A stretch of DNA of 64,000 nucleotides from Heptranchias perlo (lineage: Eukaryota), in assembly GCF_035084215.1 (NCBI RefSeq), contig NC_090327.1:40300001-40364000 (forward strand), read 5' to 3'. The translations under genes and the position numbers were made by a program. Positions 60,720 through 64,000 of the stretch are shown piece after piece. Every line of letters starts with the position of its first letter. Positions within the stretch are counted from its first letter, which is position 1. A model generated the notes under the pieces. It was not told the DNA's origin. It saw only the letters and a list, made by a program, of their open reading frames with translations, and searched no databases.

Positions 60720-63700
60720 CAAGGATATGGCAGAGGAATTGAACAGATATTTTGTATCTGTCTTCACAGTAGAAGACACTAATAATATACCAATAATAGT
60801 AGAAAATCAAGGGGCAAAGGGGAGAGAGGAACTAAAAACAATCACTATCACTAGAGAAAAAATACTAGGTAAACTAATGGGTCTAAAGGCTGACAAGTCC
60901 CCTGGACCTGAAGGCTTGCATCCGAGGGTCTTAAAGGAAGGGGCTACAGAGATAATGGATGCATTGGTTGTATTCTTCCAGAATTCACTAGATTCTGGAA
61001 AGGTCCCAGCGGATAGGAAAACCGCTAACCCCTATTCAAGAAGGGAGTGAGACAGAAAGCAAATAACTATAGACCAGTTAGCCTAACATCTGTCATTGGG
61101 AAAATGCTAGAATCCATTATTAAGGAAGTAGTAGCAGGACATATGGAGACTCATAATACAATCAAGGAGAGTCAACATGGTTTTATGAAGGGGAAATCGT
61201 GTCTGACAAATTTATTAGAGTTCTTTGAGGAAGTAACGGGCAGGGTGGATAAAGGGGGACCAATGGATGCAGAATATTTGGATTTCCAAAAGGCATTCGA
61301 TAAGGTGCCGCATAAAAGATTACTGCACATGGTGTTGGGGGTAATATACTGGCATGAAGAGAGGATTGGCTAACTAACAGAAAACAACGAGTCGGGATAA
61401 AAGGGTCATTTTCAAATTGGCATTCTGTAACTAGTGGGGTGCCTCAGGGATCAGTGCTGGGGCCTCAACTATTTACAATATATATCAATGACTTGGATGA
61501 TGGAACAGAGTGTCTTGTGGCCAAATTTGCTGATGCTACAAAGATAGGTGGAAAAGCAAGTTGCGATGAGGACACAAAGTGTCTGCAAAGGGATATTGAC
61601 AGGTTAAGCGAATGGGCAAAAATTTGGCAGATGGAATATAATGTGGGAAAATGTGAAGTCATCCACTTTGGGAGGAAAAATAAAAAAGCAAAATATTATT
61701 TGAATGGTGAAATACTACAAAATGCTGCGCTACAGAGGGATCTGAGTGTCCTTGTACATGAAACACAATGAGGGGATGAGGGGGCAGACATTTGAGGAGA
61801 GGTTGAGTAGATTGGGACTCTACTCATTGGAGTTCAGAAGAATGAGAGGCGATCTTATTGAAACATATAAGATTGTGAAGGGGCTTGATCGGGTGGTTGC
61901 GGTAAGGATGTTCCCAAGGATGGGTGAAACTAGAACGAGGGGGCATAATCTTAGAATAAGGGGCTGCTCTTTCAAAACTGAGATGAGGAGAAACTTCTTC
62001 ACTCAGAGGGTAGTAGGTCTGTGGAATTTGCTGCCCCAGGAAGCTGTGGAAGCTACATCATTAAATAAATTTAAAACAGAAATAGACAGTTTCCTAGAAG
62101 TAAAGGGAATAAGGGGTTACGGGGAGCGGGCAGGAAATTGGACATGAATTTAGATTTGAGGTTAGGATCAGATCAGCCATGATCTTATTGAATGGCGGAG
62201 CAGGCTCGAGGGGCCGATTGGCCTACTCCTGCTCCTAATTCTTATGTTCTTATGTTCTAAAAAGTCAACATACAGGTGCAGCAGGTAATCCAGAAGGCAA
62301 ACGGAATATTGGCCTTTATTTCGAAGGGGATGGAGTATAAAAGCAGGGAATTCATGCTACAACTGTACAGGGAGCTGGTGAGACCACACCTGGAGTACTG
62401 CGCACAGTTCTGGTGCCCTTATTTAAGGAAGGACATACTTGCAATGGAGGCAGTTCAGAGAAGGTTCACTAGGTTGATTCCGGGTATGGAAGGGTTGTCT
62501 TATGAGGAAAGATTGAACAGGTTGGATCTATACTCTTTGGAGTTCAGAAGAATGAGAGGAGATCTTATTGAAACATACAAGATTCTGAGGGGACTCGATA
62601 GGATAGATGCTGATGTTAGGTGTTACCCCTCATGGGGGAATCTAAAACTAGGGGGCATAGTCTCAGAATCCTATTTTCTATGTTTCTATCAAGGGATATG
62701 GGGAAAAAGCGGGAACAGGGTACTGAGTTAGATGATCAGCCATGATCATTTTGAATGGTGGAGCAGGCCCAAAGGGCCGAATGGCCGACTCTTGCTCCTA
62801 TTTTCTATGTTTCTATGTTTCAGAATAAGGGATTGCCCGTTTAAGACGGAAATGAGGAGGAATTTCTTCTCCCAGAGGATCGTGAATCTTTGGTAGATGA
62901 AAACATAAAATTACAAAGCGATATTGATAGAGTAGGTGAATGGGCAAAACTGTGGCAAATGGAATTCAATGTAGACAAATGTGAGGTCATCCACTTTGGA
63001 TCAAAAAAGGATAGAACAGGGTACTTTCTAAATGATAAAAAGTTAAAAACAGTGGATGTCCAAAGGGACTTATGGGTTCAGGTACATAGATCATTGAAGT
63101 GTCATGAACAGGTGCAGAAAATAATCAAGAAGGCAAATGGAATGCTGGCCTTTATATCTAGAGGACTAGAGTACAAGGGGGCTGAAGTTATGCTGCAGCT
63201 ATACAAAACCCTGGTTAGATTGCACTCGGAAGGACATATTGGCCTTGGAGGGAGTGCAGTTTAGGTTTACTAGAATGATACCCAGACTTCAAGGGTTAAG
63301 TTACGAGGAGAGATTACACAAATTGGGGTTGTATTCTCTGGAGTTTCGAAGATTAAGGGGTGATCTGATCGAAGTTTATAAGATATTAAGGGGAACGGAT
63401 AGGGTGGATAGAGAGAAACTATTTCTGCTGGCTGGGGATTTTAGGAGGAGGGGGCACAGTCTAAAAATTAGAGCCAGACCTTTCAGGAGCAAGATTAGAA
63501 AACATTTCTACACACAAAGGGTTGTAGAAGTTTGGAACTCTCTTCCGCAAATGGCAATTGATGCTAGCTCAATTGCTAATTTTGAATGTGAGATAGATAG
63601 CTTTTTGGCAACCAAAGGTATTAAGGAATATGGGCCAAAGGCAGGTATATGGAGTTAGATCACAGATCAGCCATGATCTTATCAAATGGCGGAGCAGGCA

Positions 63701-63976
63701 CGAGGGGCTGAATGACCTACTCCTGTTCCTATGTTCCTATTCCTATTCCTATTTGGAATTCTTTACCCCAAAAAGCTGTGGAGGCTGAGTCATTGCATTC
63801 ATTCAAGGCTGAGTCAGACAAATTTTTGATCAGCAAGGGAGTCAAAGGATATGGGGAAAAGGTGGGAAAGTGGAGTTGAGGTAAAAATCAAATCAGTCAT
63901 GATCTCATTGAATGGCGGAGCATGCTCGAGGGGCCAGATGGCCTACTCCTGCTCCTATCTTTTATGGTCTTATGGT
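60720..63976 (+). mobile_element. CR1 host element with three nested same-strand CR1 3' insertions (61769-62258, 62670-62819, 62894-63751)
   Basis: Host ORF2 resumes after each insert; TSDs TCAGAAT (62663-62669 / 62820-62826) and TTTGG (62889-62893 / 63752-63756); each insert has its own microsatellite tail. Confidence 0.9.
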
Positions 63977-64000
63977 AATGTGTGAGGATGAGAAGAAGCA

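Noticed and set aside
1-64000. CRISPR arrays, rRNA or prokaryotic operons
   Set aside because: Eukaryotic repeat-rich DNA; no regularly spaced repeats, rRNA signatures or operon-like gene density seen

Overview
AT-rich, repeat-dense vertebrate genomic DNA. The repeat content (HE1-like SINE with HER1-like CR1 LINE tails, Deu-domain SINEs, many CR1 subfamilies) points to a shark/elasmobranch genome. The only host-gene feature I can support is a minus-strand first coding exon at 51401-51460 (MGNVWILLTLGLCTLVNGEL, signal-peptide-like, strong Kozak context, GTAAGT donor) in a CpG-rich promoter. I found no convincing exon 2, so 1-51400 is probably one very long first intron. Nearly all other ORFs are transposon fragments: CR1/HER1, L2, RTEX, two Harbinger elements and a possible DIRS relic. 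One CR1 ORF2 is uninterrupted (36735-39542). The most unusual items are two small TSD-flanked Penelope-type insertions carrying minimal hammerhead ribozyme motifs on the host gene's sense strand (31230-31322, 36347-36603) and a candidate recursive AG|GT splice site between them (34370/34371). Repeat boundaries were read by eye and are approximate unless a TSD is quoted.
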